In this document: positions 61,256-61,565 of the stretch, one piece after another | How positions within the stretch are numbered: the first letter of the stretch is position 1 | Layout: each line of letters begins with the position of its first letter | Assembly: GCA_038087875.1 (NCBI GenBank) | Contig: JAXLNO010001451.1 | Coordinates: 124,001 to 185,565 of the forward strand | DNA length: 61,565 nt | Origin: Malacoraja senta | Taxonomy: Eukaryota | Reading direction: 5' to 3' | Made by a program: the position numbers and the translations under genes | Notes under the pieces: model-generated | Databases searched by the model: none | The model's input: the letters and a program-made list of their open reading frames with translations, nothing else | What the model was told of the DNA's origin: nothing

Positions 61256-61565
61256 ATTCATTTAGTATATTGATGCAATAACTTTAAAAAAGTGGCATTG
61301 GTGTGGACATTTAAATGCATTAATTAGAATCTTAAAAGAGTAAATCCTTTCATAAAACTTGTAGGATATTAGTCATACTAATACTAATTATGCAAATCGC
61401 ATCTAATTTAAGAGTGTACATTTAATTAGAAAAGCCTTTCATTATCAAAATTTCAAGGTATCATTTAGTTAGGAACAATTATGTTAATTGGATTTAATTT
61501 ACATGTACAAATTAAGTTGATTACAAATATAGGCCTTCTACAGCACAAAATTGATATATTTATCA

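Overview
Vertebrate, repeat-rich intronic DNA. The repeat content (CR1 with esterase ORF1, Poseidon-type Penelope, V-SINEs, Rex1/Babar-like and HER1-like LINEs) suggests a cartilaginous fish, probably a skate or ray (inference). The only host coding sequence I can support is one 39-nt + strand exon (40248-40286, AAAIFNSAFGSFL) matching SLC10A7, so the window is most likely two very large slc10a7 introns. The other long ORFs that resemble real proteins are transposon remnants: a complete Tc1 (5325-6960), a near-full-length nested CR1 (49409-53794), several Penelope RT/GIY-YIG fragments, a Gypsy-type LTR with PBS, MITEs and SINEs. The most interesting structure not explained by ORFs: (1) a non-autonomous Helitron family (A|TC...hairpin-CTAG|T) whose 5' module repeatedly carries a TATA-Inr core promoter followed by a different minisatellite in each copy; (2) about ten Penelope-type minimal hammerhead ribozyme cores, including short palindromic insertions and a 206-bp tandem dimer inside a Helitron; (3) inverted young CR1 and Penelope pairs that bracket the in-frame microexon; (4) repeat-free TAAT-rich islands that may be conserved enhancers. 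No alignment or database search was run; family names come from recalled motifs, and boundaries of old fragments are approximate.
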